From an uncultured Roseburia sp. (GTDB taxonomy: Bacteria; Bacillota; Clostridia; Lachnospirales; Lachnospiraceae): 51,507 nt of DNA. The notes under the pieces are model-generated. The model made no database searches. It had not been told where the DNA came from and was given only the letters and a program-made list of their open reading frames with translations. A program made the translations under genes and the position numbers. The stretch covers positions 1-51,507 of the forward strand of contig CAYMTX010000001.1 in the NCBI GenBank assembly GCA_964393475.1. Direction: 5' to 3'. This document shows, one piece after another, positions 27,089-37,506 of the stretch (its first letter is position 1; every line of letters starts with the position of its first letter).

Positions 27089-27892
27089 TTAGAAGCTATG
27101 TCCGCCACCGGAGGAACCACCGCCGCCTCCTCCACCGCCTCCGCTGCTCGAAGAACTGCCGGAGCTTGGATTGTAGTATTTCGTGGTGTGAGTATACTCG
27201 ACCTTAGGGTCGCGTATATTGCAGTGATAGATGATATTTTTTTGAAGGTCGCTGGTAGCAGCGGCTTTCTTTTTGCTCATTGTCATGGCAACGAAATAAT
27301 TGATAATCAGTGCCAGTGCCAGACTAAGCAAAATGTTGCAAGTATATTTCATTGGTTTTGGAATATCGCGTCCCTCTAATACGGCATAAATCTGCTCAAA
27401 AGCAATTTGGGAACAGGTATAATAGTCTCCGTTACTTGCATAGGTGTAAATATTGTCCGTAATGGTATCACAATAATTATCCGTGATAATATATTGAGTG
27501 TCGTCCATACCGGTAATCCATAGCATACGTTTCTGCATGTCGATAATAAAAATTACACCGTTTTCATAGCCGAAAGCTTCTTCAAAGGAAGCAGTTGCAA
27601 GCCTGTAGGTTGAAGAATAATTGTGGCTGTCGGTGGTCAGAAAATAAACGTTTCCGTATTTAGAGCATGGTTTCATAAGCTCAAATATCGCTTCTTCCTC
27701 AGCTATCGTTAAAAGATTAGCATTATCTACAAGGAGTGTAGTATAACCGGTTTCCTGATTTTTGGTTACATAATCTGCAAAACAGACCTTCGCCGGTGTT
27801 GTTATTAAGAGCATACAAAAACATAGCACACACCGTACATAAGGAAAAAATATCCGGTCAAAACATGTTTTTTTACGAAGGAACACGGTCAT
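27089..27892 (-). CDS. TPM-domain membrane protein with Gly/Ser-rich tail
   Basis: DNANLLT..EE, GVIFIIDMQ.R, one TM, C-terminal SSGSSSSSGGGGGGGGGSSGGGHSF. Start uncertain. Confidence 0.8.
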   Translation of the reverse strand: MTVFLRKKTCFDRIFFPYVRCVLCFCMLLITTPAKVCFADYVTKNQETGYTTLLVDNANLLTIAEEEAIFELMKPCSKYGNVYFLTTDSHNYSSTYRLATASFEEAFGYENGVIFIIDMQKRMLWITGMDDTQYIITDNYCDTITDNIYTYASNGDYYTCSQIAFEQIYAVLEGRDIPKPMKYTCNILLSLALALIINYFVAMTMSKKKAAATSDLQKNIIYHCNIRDPKVEYTHTTKYYNPSSGSSSSSGGGGGGGGGSSGGGHSF

Positions 27893-29294
27893 CACCTCCC
27901 TCACGTTTAAATTGTGGCAGTTTACGGGTAGCAAGGACATTGTAATCCCGCATGATATCTATAATCAGTAAAAAAATAGATAGAATAGATAAAAACGCAC
28001 CGCCATAATATATGTAGTCAGATACCGGGTTTAAAATTAAAATTCCGATGGAAATCACTATGGTTGCGACAGCAGAAAGTAATCCCCAAATGCCTCGTTT
28101 CGCCTTGAAGCGTTCCTTATACGCTTTCGAAACCTTTTTCGGTCGTGCATAGCGGCGTTTGCCGTCGTACCGCAGTTTGCCCCTGTCATTTTTTCCGGCA
28201 TCTTTTTCGAGAATCCGACACAACTCTGTGTAGGAAATAAACATGGCAAAAACGGTTAAAAAGAGCGTAACAATCAAAGCGGCTTTTGCTGTAATTGAAA
28301 TCATAAAATTTAGTAAAAGAAAAATCGGAATGGCTAAAAGCAGTGAACCGATTGTATATTTACGGTAGTCAATCGGAATGTCTGCGGATACTTTTCCTGT
28401 TTGTCCGTTGATGGAGACATAACCGACACGACCGTTTTTCTGATAGGACATAAACCAGACCGGGAATAAGGCATAATGCGGTTTCTCCAACGTTACTTCG
28501 TAAGGGGTGTAACGTTTGGACTTCGTCACACGGATGTTATAGCCGTTATAAACAGGATGTTTTTCTAAAGTTTTCTGAGTAATGGTATGTGCAAGCTCTT
28601 TTGCATCATCTTCATAAATGCAGTAATTTACATCTTGTGTGTCTGCATAAAAACCGGCCAGATAGGCAGGGTGAAACGGAAGCATTTTATTTACATCGTA
28701 AGGCGCAAAACTTTCGCTGATATCATCTGCAAATTCTTTGGCCGCATCATGAGTAATGCCTTTGTATTCTGCATCTATTTCACCGGTCAGATTATAATGC
28801 TTTGTGATGTCATAATCCCCTTTTCTGGATTCCTTTGTGCCATGGAGACAGTAACTTCCATGGTGTTTCACATCATATACCCAGTATGGCATGTAAATGC
28901 CACGAAAACTCTCGATGTGTTTCTCGTCCTTATATTCATCCGGAGCAAAGATTGCCCGGCGCATAATTTTTTTGTATTCTTTTATACAATCTTCCTTTGT
29001 TTTTTGAAAAGGAAGAATTGCGTCAGGGCATTTTTCTTTTGCGAGGCGGCTTGTCAGTAGGGTTGAGGAACCGCAAAAACTACAAAAAGCAGCGGCGGTA
29101 TTATCTTCGCTGAAAATTTCAGCACCACATTGGTTGCAGACAAACTTAGTAACTTCAAATTCTGTTGCTTCCTGGGCACCTTTGACATTGGGATGCTCGG
29201 ACGGTTCTGTGAGATTGTTACAATACCCGCATTTTAACATTTGTGAGGGAATATCAAATCGCATTTCACCGCCACAGTCTGGACATTGGTACAT
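27873..29294 (-). CDS. double zinc-ribbon membrane protein
   Basis: CPDCGG..C.YC, CNQCGA..CSFCG, GIYMPYW, FPVWF, INGQTGK, C-terminal TMs. Confidence 0.8.
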   Translation of the reverse strand: MYQCPDCGGEMRFDIPSQMLKCGYCNNLTEPSEHPNVKGAQEATEFEVTKFVCNQCGAEIFSEDNTAAAFCSFCGSSTLLTSRLAKEKCPDAILPFQKTKEDCIKEYKKIMRRAIFAPDEYKDEKHIESFRGIYMPYWVYDVKHHGSYCLHGTKESRKGDYDITKHYNLTGEIDAEYKGITHDAAKEFADDISESFAPYDVNKMLPFHPAYLAGFYADTQDVNYCIYEDDAKELAHTITQKTLEKHPVYNGYNIRVTKSKRYTPYEVTLEKPHYALFPVWFMSYQKNGRVGYVSINGQTGKVSADIPIDYRKYTIGSLLLAIPIFLLLNFMISITAKAALIVTLFLTVFAMFISYTELCRILEKDAGKNDRGKLRYDGKRRYARPKKVSKAYKERFKAKRGIWGLLSAVATIVISIGILILNPVSDYIYYGGAFLSILSIFLLIIDIMRDYNVLATRKLPQFKREGGDDRVPS

Positions 29295-29440
29295 AGCGTT
29301 TTCCTTTCTGATACTCACGAAAGAGATTTATAAAATATATATTTAGGCAAGTAAATTTTACCTTGGGTAGTTACTTCCAATTTATCATAACGGAGATAGG
29401 AATGCCATAAATTTTTGTGCATATTGTATGTAAATTAGAC

Positions 29441-29469
29441 TTGAAAAAGGAACAGAGGTTCGATATGAT
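29441..29469 (+). promoter_or_regulatory. sigma-A promoter with a LexA (Cheo) box in the spacer
   Basis: TTGAAA (29441-29446), 17 bp, TATGAT (29464-29469); GAAC-agag-GTTC at 29450-29461. Confidence 0.8.
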
Positions 29470-29539
29470 AAAAAATAAAGAAACGGATAGATTATAATAG
29501 AATCCTAATTGAGAAAAAGAGGTTGAAAGGAGATTCGTT

Positions 29540-30355
29540 ATGTTGACAGAAAGCTTTAATTTATGTGCGGAAGGTTCTGTTTCCGCAGAGTTGCGGACTT
29601 ATATTCAGGATGACAGCAAAGATTTAATGATAAAGAAACGGCCGATGATGCTTATTTGTCCGGGTGGCGGATATAATCATGTTTCGGATAGAGAAGGAGA
29701 GCCATTGGCAGTGCGTTTTTTGGCAATGGGGTTTCATGTTGCGGTAGTGCGTTATTCTGTCTCTCCGGCGGTATATCCGACTGCGTTGCTTGAACTGGCG
29801 AATGCGATGAAACTGGTACATGAGTATGCAGACGAGTGGAATGTAGATGAAGAGAGGATTTTCGTGTTGGGATGCTCTGCCGGAGGACATTTGGCGGCAT
29901 CTCTTGGGGTATACTGGCAGGAAGAATGGCTGGCAGAGTTGTCCGGTGTGAAGAAGGAATGGCTTCGTCCGGCAGGAATGGTTTTGTGTTATCCGGTAAT
30001 TACTTCCGGTGAGTTTGCGCATCGAGGTTCTTTTGATATGTTGATGAAGGGACAGGAAAGTGAAGAATTACTGGAAAAACTTTCTCTGGAGCGTCATGTA
30101 ACGGTGAATGTACCGCAGACATTTATATGGCATACGGGATGTGATGCCAGTGTGCCGGTGGAAAATTCTTTATTATTTGTAAGTGAATTGCATAAATGCG
30201 GTGTGGAAGTGGAATTCCACATGTATCCGGTAGGGATACATGGGTTATCTACAGCAGATGAGTTTTCACAAAATAGCAATGGAGCGGGAATTCAGCAGGA
30301 ATGTACAAGCTGGCTGCCGTTAGTACAGACATGGTTGAAGGCGCGGGCATGGTAA
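29540..30355 (+). CDS. alpha/beta hydrolase (esterase)
   Basis: CPGGGY, GCSAGGH, DASVP, GIHGLS. Confidence 0.9.
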   Translation: MLTESFNLCAEGSVSAELRTYIQDDSKDLMIKKRPMMLICPGGGYNHVSDREGEPLAVRFLAMGFHVAVVRYSVSPAVYPTALLELANAMKLVHEYADEWNVDEERIFVLGCSAGGHLAASLGVYWQEEWLAELSGVKKEWLRPAGMVLCYPVITSGEFAHRGSFDMLMKGQESEELLEKLSLERHVTVNVPQTFIWHTGCDASVPVENSLLFVSELHKCGVEVEFHMYPVGIHGLSTADEFSQNSNGAGIQQECTSWLPLVQTWLKARAW

Positions 30356-31623
30356 AAGACCGGACATACTTGTGTATAGATTTAAAATCTTTTTATGCAT
30401 CAGTGGAATGTGCGGACAGAGGACTTGATCCACTTCATACGAATCTGGTAGTGGCAGATCCGGAACGTTCCGAGAAGACAATTTGTCTGGCTGTTTCGCC
30501 TTCCATGAAAAAGCTTGGTATACCAAACCGCTGCCGTGTGTTTCAGATACCGCCGGATGTGCAGTATATTATGGCACCGCCGCGTATGAAGCGCTATATT
30601 GATGTATCAGCGGATATTTATGCGATTTATCTGAAATATGTTGCGAAAGAAGATATTCATGTGTATTCCATAGATGAGGTATTTATGGATGTGACTGATT
30701 ACCTGATGATGTATCAGATGACGGCGAAAGAGCTTGGCATCTGTATTATGCAGGACGTGTTGGATGAAACAGGCATTACTGCGACTTGCGGAATCGGGAC
30801 GAATCTGTATCTGGCAAAAATTGCATTGGATATTACGGCAAAGCATACAGAGGACCATATTGGAATATTAAATGAAGAAAGTTATCGGAGAACATTGTGG
30901 AATCATAAGCCATTAACGGATTTCTGGCGTGTTGGACCGGGCATTGCCAAAAGACTTAATCGTCATGGCATCTATACGATGGGACAGGTAGCAGGTACAA
31001 GCGAGGATTTGTTGTACAAGATTTTTGGAATTGATGCGGAACTTCTGATTGACCATGCGTGGGGCAGGGAAAGCACGCGTATTTCGGATATTAAATCCTA
31101 TAAGCCACAGTCACGGTGTATTACAAGCGGGCAGGTTCTGCCGTGTGAATACGATTTTGAAAAGACCAAACTGGCTGTTAAAGAGATGGCGGATTTAATG
31201 TGTCTGGATTTGGTGGATAAAGGACTTGTGACAGATTCCATTACGATGTATCTGGCCTATGAGAATATGCTGCATCTAGAACCGAGCAGGGGAAGTACTT
31301 CTCTGCGGGCAGCGAGCAATTCGGCAAAGACGATTCTGCCGTATATAGAGGAGTTGTTTGAGCGGATTGCAAGACGGGATGTGGTGATTCATAAGGCAAA
31401 TCTTTCTTTCAATAATTTAGTAGATGAGGTATATCAGCAGTATGATTTGTTTTGTGACCCTGCGGAATTGGAACGCGAACGGAAGATGCAGAAGGCAATG
31501 CTGGATATTAAGAAGAAGTTTGGGAAAAATGCGATTTTAAAGGGTATGAATCTGGCAGAAGGAGCAACTACGATGGAGCGTAACCGGCAGATTGGCGGAC
31601 ATAAAGCCGGAGAGGAATTGTAA
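30349..31623 (+). CDS. Y-family (ImpB/MucB/UmuC-like) DNA polymerase
   Basis: IDLKSFYASVEC, YSIDEVFMD, GIGTNLYLAK; followed by YolD. Confidence 0.92.
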   Translation: MVKDRTYLCIDLKSFYASVECADRGLDPLHTNLVVADPERSEKTICLAVSPSMKKLGIPNRCRVFQIPPDVQYIMAPPRMKRYIDVSADIYAIYLKYVAKEDIHVYSIDEVFMDVTDYLMMYQMTAKELGICIMQDVLDETGITATCGIGTNLYLAKIALDITAKHTEDHIGILNEESYRRTLWNHKPLTDFWRVGPGIAKRLNRHGIYTMGQVAGTSEDLLYKIFGIDAELLIDHAWGRESTRISDIKSYKPQSRCITSGQVLPCEYDFEKTKLAVKEMADLMCLDLVDKGLVTDSITMYLAYENMLHLEPSRGSTSLRAASNSAKTILPYIEELFERIARRDVVIHKANLSFNNLVDEVYQQYDLFCDPAELERERKMQKAMLDIKKKFGKNAILKGMNLAEGATTMERNRQIGGHKAGEEL

Positions 31624-31663
31624 CTTTGAAAGTATCGAATGAAGCACTACATTAGGAGGTTTT

Positions 31664-31984
31664 ATGGCAGTCAGAGCAAAAATGAGCCGCGAAGAGCGGG
31701 CGAAGCAGTTCATACCGTTTGCTGCATTAAAGGGATATGAAGATGCACTTCGGGAAAAAGAGAAGGTTGTCGTAGAGAAAATAGAACTTTCAGAGGAACG
31801 AAAGGCAGAGCTGGATGCAAAACTCCATCAGGTGCGGAAAAATGATATGGTTACGGTAGTTTATTTTCATGAAGATGAATATTTGAAGGTGACCGGAATG
31901 GTATCGCGGTTCGATACAGATGCCCGCATTTTAAAGGTCGTGAATACGAAGATTCCATTTGAGGATTTATACGATTTGGAATGA
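31664..31984 (+). CDS. YolD-like protein
   Basis: RAKQF.PFAALKG, ELSEE; directly downstream of the Y-polymerase. Confidence 0.88.
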   Translation: MAVRAKMSREERAKQFIPFAALKGYEDALREKEKVVVEKIELSEERKAELDAKLHQVRKNDMVTVVYFHEDEYLKVTGMVSRFDTDARILKVVNTKIPFEDLYDLE

Positions 31985-32054
31985 TTGGCTGTTGGGGCAT
32001 GAAAGTATCTTTTGCCCCCGGCATAATGATATTTTATAAATAGAGGAAAAACAC

Positions 32055-32960
32055 ATGACACTTCAACAATTAAGATATGCGATTACAATTGCAGACTGCG
32101 GTTCGATGAATGAGGCGGCAAAGCATTTGTTCATTTCTCAGCCGAGTTTGTCGGAGACAATGAAGGAACTGGAAAATGAAATTGGGTTTGATATTTTCTT
32201 GCGTTCCAACCGTGGTATCATCATCACACCTGAGGGTGAAGAATTTTTGGGTTATGCGCGTGAGGTGGCGGAACAGTTCGGTCTGCTTCAGGCGAAATAT
32301 ATTGATAAAGTCACTAAGGAAAAATTTGATGTATCGACACAGCATTATACGTTTGCGGTAAAGGCATTTGTTGATACGGTAAATCAGGTGGGAATGGATC
32401 GCTATGAATTTGCGATTCATGAGACGATGACAGCAGATGTTATCGAAAATGTGAAGAATTTTAAGAGTGAAATCGGGGTACTTTATCTGAATGATTTTAA
32501 TGAAAAAGTGCTGAATAAATTGTTTAAGGAAAGCGGAATCGAGTTTGTCGAGCTTTTTGTCTGCGATACTTATGTGTATCTGTGGGCGGGGCATCCGCTG
32601 GCAGAGAAAGAAATCATTTCTATGAGTGAACTGGACGATTATCCGTGTCTTGCATTTGAACAGGGCAAGAATAATGCGTTTTATTTTGCAGAAGAGATGA
32701 AGAGTACCTATGAATATAAACGTTTAATCAAAGCGAATGACCGGGCTACACTGCTGAATATGATGAAGGGTGTGAATGCATATACACTCTGCTCCGGAAT
32801 TGTATGTGAGGAGTTAAACGGAAATGATTATCTGGCGGTACCGCTTCTTGAAACAGAGAAAATGCGTATTGGGTACATCAAACGTAAGGGTGCGAAGTTA
32901 AGTCATATCGGTGAAACTTATATTAAAGAACTGAAAAAATACGAGATGAAGGTAATGTAG
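32055..32960 (+). CDS. LysR-family regulator (MtaR/MetR/CmbR-like)
   Basis: MTLQQLRY...GSMNEAAKHLFISQPSLS, VSTQHYTF, DRATL. Confidence 0.88.
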   Translation: MTLQQLRYAITIADCGSMNEAAKHLFISQPSLSETMKELENEIGFDIFLRSNRGIIITPEGEEFLGYAREVAEQFGLLQAKYIDKVTKEKFDVSTQHYTFAVKAFVDTVNQVGMDRYEFAIHETMTADVIENVKNFKSEIGVLYLNDFNEKVLNKLFKESGIEFVELFVCDTYVYLWAGHPLAEKEIISMSELDDYPCLAFEQGKNNAFYFAEEMKSTYEYKRLIKANDRATLLNMMKGVNAYTLCSGIVCEELNGNDYLAVPLLETEKMRIGYIKRKGAKLSHIGETYIKELKKYEMKVM

Positions 32961-33029
32961 GATGCCTGGTTATGTGTAGGATAAATCTGTATGCCCAAAC
33001 TTAAAAAATCGGATATTTAGTTGATAATT

Positions 33030-33998
33030 TTACTTTTTTCTAAACTTCAGAGGGGTCGTCCCCTCTGATTTTTTGAATACCTGAATAAAATATGCTGTAT
33101 CAGTAAAGCCAGACTGGTAGCATATCTCTTCTATTGAAAATTCTGTATTTTTTAGCAATCTTTTTGCTGTGTTTAAACGTAACTGCATCAAAAATTCATG
33201 AGGTGCAAATCCCATATATTCTTTAAAACGACGACTTAAATGTGCGCGACTAATTCCAAATTGATAAGCTAAATCCGCTACAGTAAATTGATTCATATAA
33301 TTGTTCTGCATGTAAGAAACAATTTGTTCAATTATTTCAGGCGTGTTTTCTGACGACATAGCTTTTGCATGTGTAATTAATAGGTCTGTCAAAAGCACAT
33401 TAAATAAACATGAAATTTTATATTCACTAAAAGGTGAAACTTCCTGTGTGCTTTGGAGAATCTGCATTTGGAGCATTTCAAAGTTTGGGAACATACTGTT
33501 ATTAAATTTTACATTTCCGGATTGGAGATATGCATCATAAATAGGTGATACAGGAAGCCCATTAAAATGAAAACAGGTGCTGATCCATTTTTGACCATTT
33601 GTACGATAAAAATGTGGTTTTCGACAATCAATGAGATAACCTGATCCTTTTTCAAGAATGTAATTTTTTCCGTTATATTCTAAATAACCTTCGCCATCTA
33701 AGGTGAAGCGTAGTTCATAAGATTCTAAGTTACTACGCTCCGTGTAGTAATCAGATTTCGTTTCAAGAAGAAGAAATCCTTGGGGATAAATAAGAGAATC
33801 CTTTGCATTTTTGCTGACAATAAATTCCGGCATCAAATGAACGGTGCCGGAGATGCGAAAATGATCCACCTGAAATGACTGCAGAAGGGCCTGTCTTTCG
33901 GGATTCATAATATCAGCATGTCTGCGATAATGGTCTTCAGTTGTCTGTTCTGTTACAGTGTCATGTACGGTAATAAATGGTAAAGTAAAATAATTCAT
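33030..33998 (-). CDS. AraC-family regulator
   Basis: Cupin N-domain; C-terminal double HTH ending GFTDTAYFIQVFKKSEGTTP. Confidence 0.92.
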   Translation of the reverse strand: MNYFTLPFITVHDTVTEQTTEDHYRRHADIMNPERQALLQSFQVDHFRISGTVHLMPEFIVSKNAKDSLIYPQGFLLLETKSDYYTERSNLESYELRFTLDGEGYLEYNGKNYILEKGSGYLIDCRKPHFYRTNGQKWISTCFHFNGLPVSPIYDAYLQSGNVKFNNSMFPNFEMLQMQILQSTQEVSPFSEYKISCLFNVLLTDLLITHAKAMSSENTPEIIEQIVSYMQNNYMNQFTVADLAYQFGISRAHLSRRFKEYMGFAPHEFLMQLRLNTAKRLLKNTEFSIEEICYQSGFTDTAYFIQVFKKSEGTTPLKFRKK

Positions 33999-34139
33999 AT
34001 CATATCTCCAAGCACAAAAACTATATTTTTCGAGCCTTTTTTCTATATATAATCACTCAAAAGCCTTGTATAATTTGATTATAACATAATTATGACATTA
34101 TTAATAGAGATAGATAAAAATTACATTTGGAGGCAAGAT

Positions 34140-34370
34140 ATGATTCGATTGGGGAAGAAGTTAAATGCACTAAAGATAATTGTGGATGGCAAAGAGATAC
34201 ATAATTATAAGGTTCATATAGAATTAGATAAAATGCGTCTTACGTCCACTGAATTTTTTTCTGCAAAAACACTTTGTTTTGAATATGCCTGGGAGCAATA
34301 CTGTGAAGTGAATTTATACAATAGTGCTGAACTTTCAGCAAAACCATTTACGTGGGAAGTTATAAAATAA
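34140..34370 (+). pseudogene. remnant resembling the C-terminus of a sialate O-acetylesterase
   Basis: GGAGG RBS; 76 aa ending EYAWEQYCEVNLYNSAELSAKPF, similar to the family's terminal YAW...NLYN..GLPA.PF motif. Confidence 0.6.
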
Positions 34371-34390
34371 ATATTTAAAGGAGAAAAATC

Positions 34391-35764
34391 ATGTATCAAA
34401 AAGAAAGAAAAATCACAATGGTAGACTACCTTGCATTTGCATGTGTAGCCATCGTGGGAACCATCCCACAGTATTTACTGAGCTCTTTTGCATCAGCATA
34501 TTATACAGACGTTGCTTTGGTATCAGCGGGGGCAATTGGAACAGTAATTCTAATCATGCGTATTACAGATGGAATTAGCGATTTAATCATGGGGCGCATT
34601 ATTGACAAAACAAACACAAAATGGGGGAAATGCAGACCTTGGCTGTTAATTGGAGCAGTTGGTCTGGTAATTACAAGTCTTATGATTTTCCATGTGCCAT
34701 CGGGATGGAGCGAAGGTGGAAAAATTGCATGGTTTGCGATTAGTTATTTCCTTGTTATGACAGTATTTGCAACGATGCAGGGGGTGGCTGGTACTACACT
34801 GATGGTGCGTTTGACACATGTACCGCAGGAAAGAACCACATTTGGTGCATTCAATATGGCTGGCGTTTACATGGGTGGAATTGTCGCTACCACTGTCACT
34901 ACGATTCTTTTAGGGATGTGGGGATATACACAGTCTGGTTATGATAAGACAATTTGGTTATATGCGGCTATTCTTTTTGTTCTTGGTATAGTATCAGTTG
35001 TTCGTCTAAAAGAAAAAAATACAGATACAAACGAAGTGTTAAAAGAAGAAAATTCATCTTTAAAAGAAGTTTTAAACGGAATGCTTAAGAACAAATATTA
35101 TATGTTTTGTGTGGTGGCTGGTTTGATTATCAACTTAATCAATGGTATCACGACAGGCATGGGTATCTATTTCTGTAGAGATGTTTTCGGAAATGCAGAT
35201 TTATATGCACTTGTTACAATTGTTACATTGTTCCCAACCTTATTTGGATTACCACTGGCTGTAGCAGTGGCAAAGAAATGGGGTAACTATAAGACCTTAT
35301 TTATCGGACGGGTTGCAGGTACTATTTGCTCTGTAGTTTCCTGTGTTGGTCTTGCAACTTCAAATTCTATGTTATACCTCATAGGACAGGGATTAGGTGG
35401 ATTGACAAGCGCAACATTTGCCGCATGCTTTACCGCTACGTTAGCAAATACCGTCGATTACAGTGAATACAAATTTAAGATAAAGGCTTCCGGTACTATG
35501 ATGAGTGCGACAAGCTTCTGTAATAAAGTAGGTCTTGGTCTTGGTTCTGCTATTACAGGTGTTATCCTTAGTATTGCGCATTACGATGGTATGCTTGCAA
35601 ACCAAGGATTAGCCCAGTCTGCATATACAGTCGAAGTAGAAAGATGGGCATTGATTCTTGTTCCATTTATCTTGAACCTTATCGTAACAGTTTTATTATA
35701 TATTTGTAATATTGATAAAGAAATGCCGGAAGTGCAGGCTGCATTAGAAAAAGAAAGAGGCTAG
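34391..35764 (+). CDS. MFS glycoside-pentoside-hexuronide (GPH/MelB-like) transporter
   Basis: DGISD.IMG.IIDKTNTKWGKCRPW; about 12 TM segments. Confidence 0.9.
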   Translation: MYQKERKITMVDYLAFACVAIVGTIPQYLLSSFASAYYTDVALVSAGAIGTVILIMRITDGISDLIMGRIIDKTNTKWGKCRPWLLIGAVGLVITSLMIFHVPSGWSEGGKIAWFAISYFLVMTVFATMQGVAGTTLMVRLTHVPQERTTFGAFNMAGVYMGGIVATTVTTILLGMWGYTQSGYDKTIWLYAAILFVLGIVSVVRLKEKNTDTNEVLKEENSSLKEVLNGMLKNKYYMFCVVAGLIINLINGITTGMGIYFCRDVFGNADLYALVTIVTLFPTLFGLPLAVAVAKKWGNYKTLFIGRVAGTICSVVSCVGLATSNSMLYLIGQGLGGLTSATFAACFTATLANTVDYSEYKFKIKASGTMMSATSFCNKVGLGLGSAITGVILSIAHYDGMLANQGLAQSAYTVEVERWALILVPFILNLIVTVLLYICNIDKEMPEVQAALEKERG

Positions 35765-35767
35765 GAT

Positions 35768-36550
35768 ATGACTACAATTATGGATAGAATTCGCGCTGGC
35801 GAAGAAGTGACAATTGCTTTTTTGGGAGACAGCATCACGCAGGGGTGTTTTGAAGGCGATGCGAGCGAAAAGGATGAACAGTTTGTATACCATAGCCGAT
35901 TCATTCGTATGTTGGAAGAAAAATATCCAAATGCAAAGATACATAAAATCAATGCAGGTATTGGTGGAAATACTGCAGGAATGGGATTGTTCCGTATGCA
36001 GACAGATGTAATTGAGGAAACTCCGGATTTTTGTGTGGTATGTTTCGGATTAAATGACACACCCTTTTGTGCATTAAAACCATTTTTGAAATGGATTCCT
36101 TTTGTAAAGAAGATGTTCGATGCCATGGGACCATTTATGGATGCTCATGCTCTTGAATTATTGCGTGATTGCCGAGGAAAAGAGGCATATGAATATTCTA
36201 TGTCTGCTATTTTAGAGCAACTGGAAAAGAAGCATATTCCGGCCATGGTTATGCTTCCGAACCGCATGAGCACAGAACAGATAGAGGATAAAAATGATTC
36301 GGCATATTTTTTATCCGGAATTAATGCAAAAATGGTAAAAAACGGAACCATGGATCAAGTAATGGACATTGCACGAAAGGTAGCAAAGGAACATAACGTT
36401 CCGGTTGCAGATGCTTATACTCGTTGGAAAGAATTAGAGGAACAAGGAGTTGTAACAAATGGTACCTATGTAAATGGAACAAATCATCCAAGCCGCGAGT
36501 TACATCAGGAGTTGGCAAAGGTGCTTTATCAAGCATTTGAGGAGTTGTAA
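35768..36550 (+). CDS. SGNH/GDSL esterase
   Basis: LGDSITQG, NAGIGG, FGLND, NHP. Confidence 0.9.
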   Translation: MTTIMDRIRAGEEVTIAFLGDSITQGCFEGDASEKDEQFVYHSRFIRMLEEKYPNAKIHKINAGIGGNTAGMGLFRMQTDVIEETPDFCVVCFGLNDTPFCALKPFLKWIPFVKKMFDAMGPFMDAHALELLRDCRGKEAYEYSMSAILEQLEKKHIPAMVMLPNRMSTEQIEDKNDSAYFLSGINAKMVKNGTMDQVMDIARKVAKEHNVPVADAYTRWKELEEQGVVTNGTYVNGTNHPSRELHQELAKVLYQAFEEL

Positions 36551-36552
36551 GA

Positions 36553-37503
36553 ATGGGATTTACTAGATTTGTAATGAAACAAGGATGGAAGATAGCAAAG
36601 CAAGGCGATGCTGATAGAATTGCAAAGCAGATGCCGGTTACTGAGGTATATGTAGAAAGTTGTATACCTTACACAGAGAGTGGAGATAAGATGCATCAGT
36701 TGAATCTGTATTATCCCCAAGGATATTCTGTGCAAAAGGATGGAAAACTCCCAACTGTGATAGATATTCACGGTGGTGGACTTATGTATGGCGATAAAGA
36801 ACTCAACCAACGTTATTGTGAATATCTCGCATCAAAGGGCTACTGTGTTATGAATATGAGTTATCGGTTGCTTCCGGATACGGATTTGCAGGGAATGGTG
36901 CAAGATATTTTTGCAAGCATTCATTGGCTGGCAATGTATGGACCGAAACGCGGATTTGACTTAAGTAAAGTTTTGCTGACAGGTGATTCTGCAGGTGGAC
37001 ACTTAGCCAGTCTTACGATGTGTATTCAAAACAGTGATAAACTACAAAATATTTATCAAGTAAAAAAGCTTCCGTTTGATTTTTCAGCAGTTGTAATTAG
37101 TAATGGTGTGTGTGAAATGCACGATTACTTTAATTATCCGAAATCCCTTAATCGTCATGTAGATAAGGAAATTGTGAAGATGATTCTTGGAAAACAAAAA
37201 GCCGATGCTCCATGGAAATCATACATGAATTTTTCACAAGTGATGAAGGAAACAAATGAATTTCCACATATTTTGATAATTGGTACAGAAAATGATGTTT
37301 TCTACCATCAGACTTGTTGGATTATGGAAAATTTAGCTAATCAGAAGATTCCTTATGAAAAAATACTTTGGAAAAAAGAGGATGGAATACATCTTGGTCA
37401 TGTGTTTCATATTTCACACTGGGAGTGGAAGGAAAGTAAGATAACAAACGATAAAATGTTGGAATTTTTCCAAAATATTTTGAAACAAAAAGGGGGTGAA
37501 TAA
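36553..37503 (+). CDS. alpha/beta hydrolase (HSL-family esterase)
   Basis: IHGGG, GDSAGGH, GHVF. Confidence 0.9.
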   Translation: MGFTRFVMKQGWKIAKQGDADRIAKQMPVTEVYVESCIPYTESGDKMHQLNLYYPQGYSVQKDGKLPTVIDIHGGGLMYGDKELNQRYCEYLASKGYCVMNMSYRLLPDTDLQGMVQDIFASIHWLAMYGPKRGFDLSKVLLTGDSAGGHLASLTMCIQNSDKLQNIYQVKKLPFDFSAVVISNGVCEMHDYFNYPKSLNRHVDKEIVKMILGKQKADAPWKSYMNFSQVMKETNEFPHILIIGTENDVFYHQTCWIMENLANQKIPYEKILWKKEDGIHLGHVFHISHWEWKESKITNDKMLEFFQNILKQKGGE

Positions 37504-37506
37504 TGA

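Noticed and set aside
27100-27165. GC-rich ccg/cct low-complexity run
   Set aside because: It simply encodes the Gly/Ser tail typical of TPM proteins.
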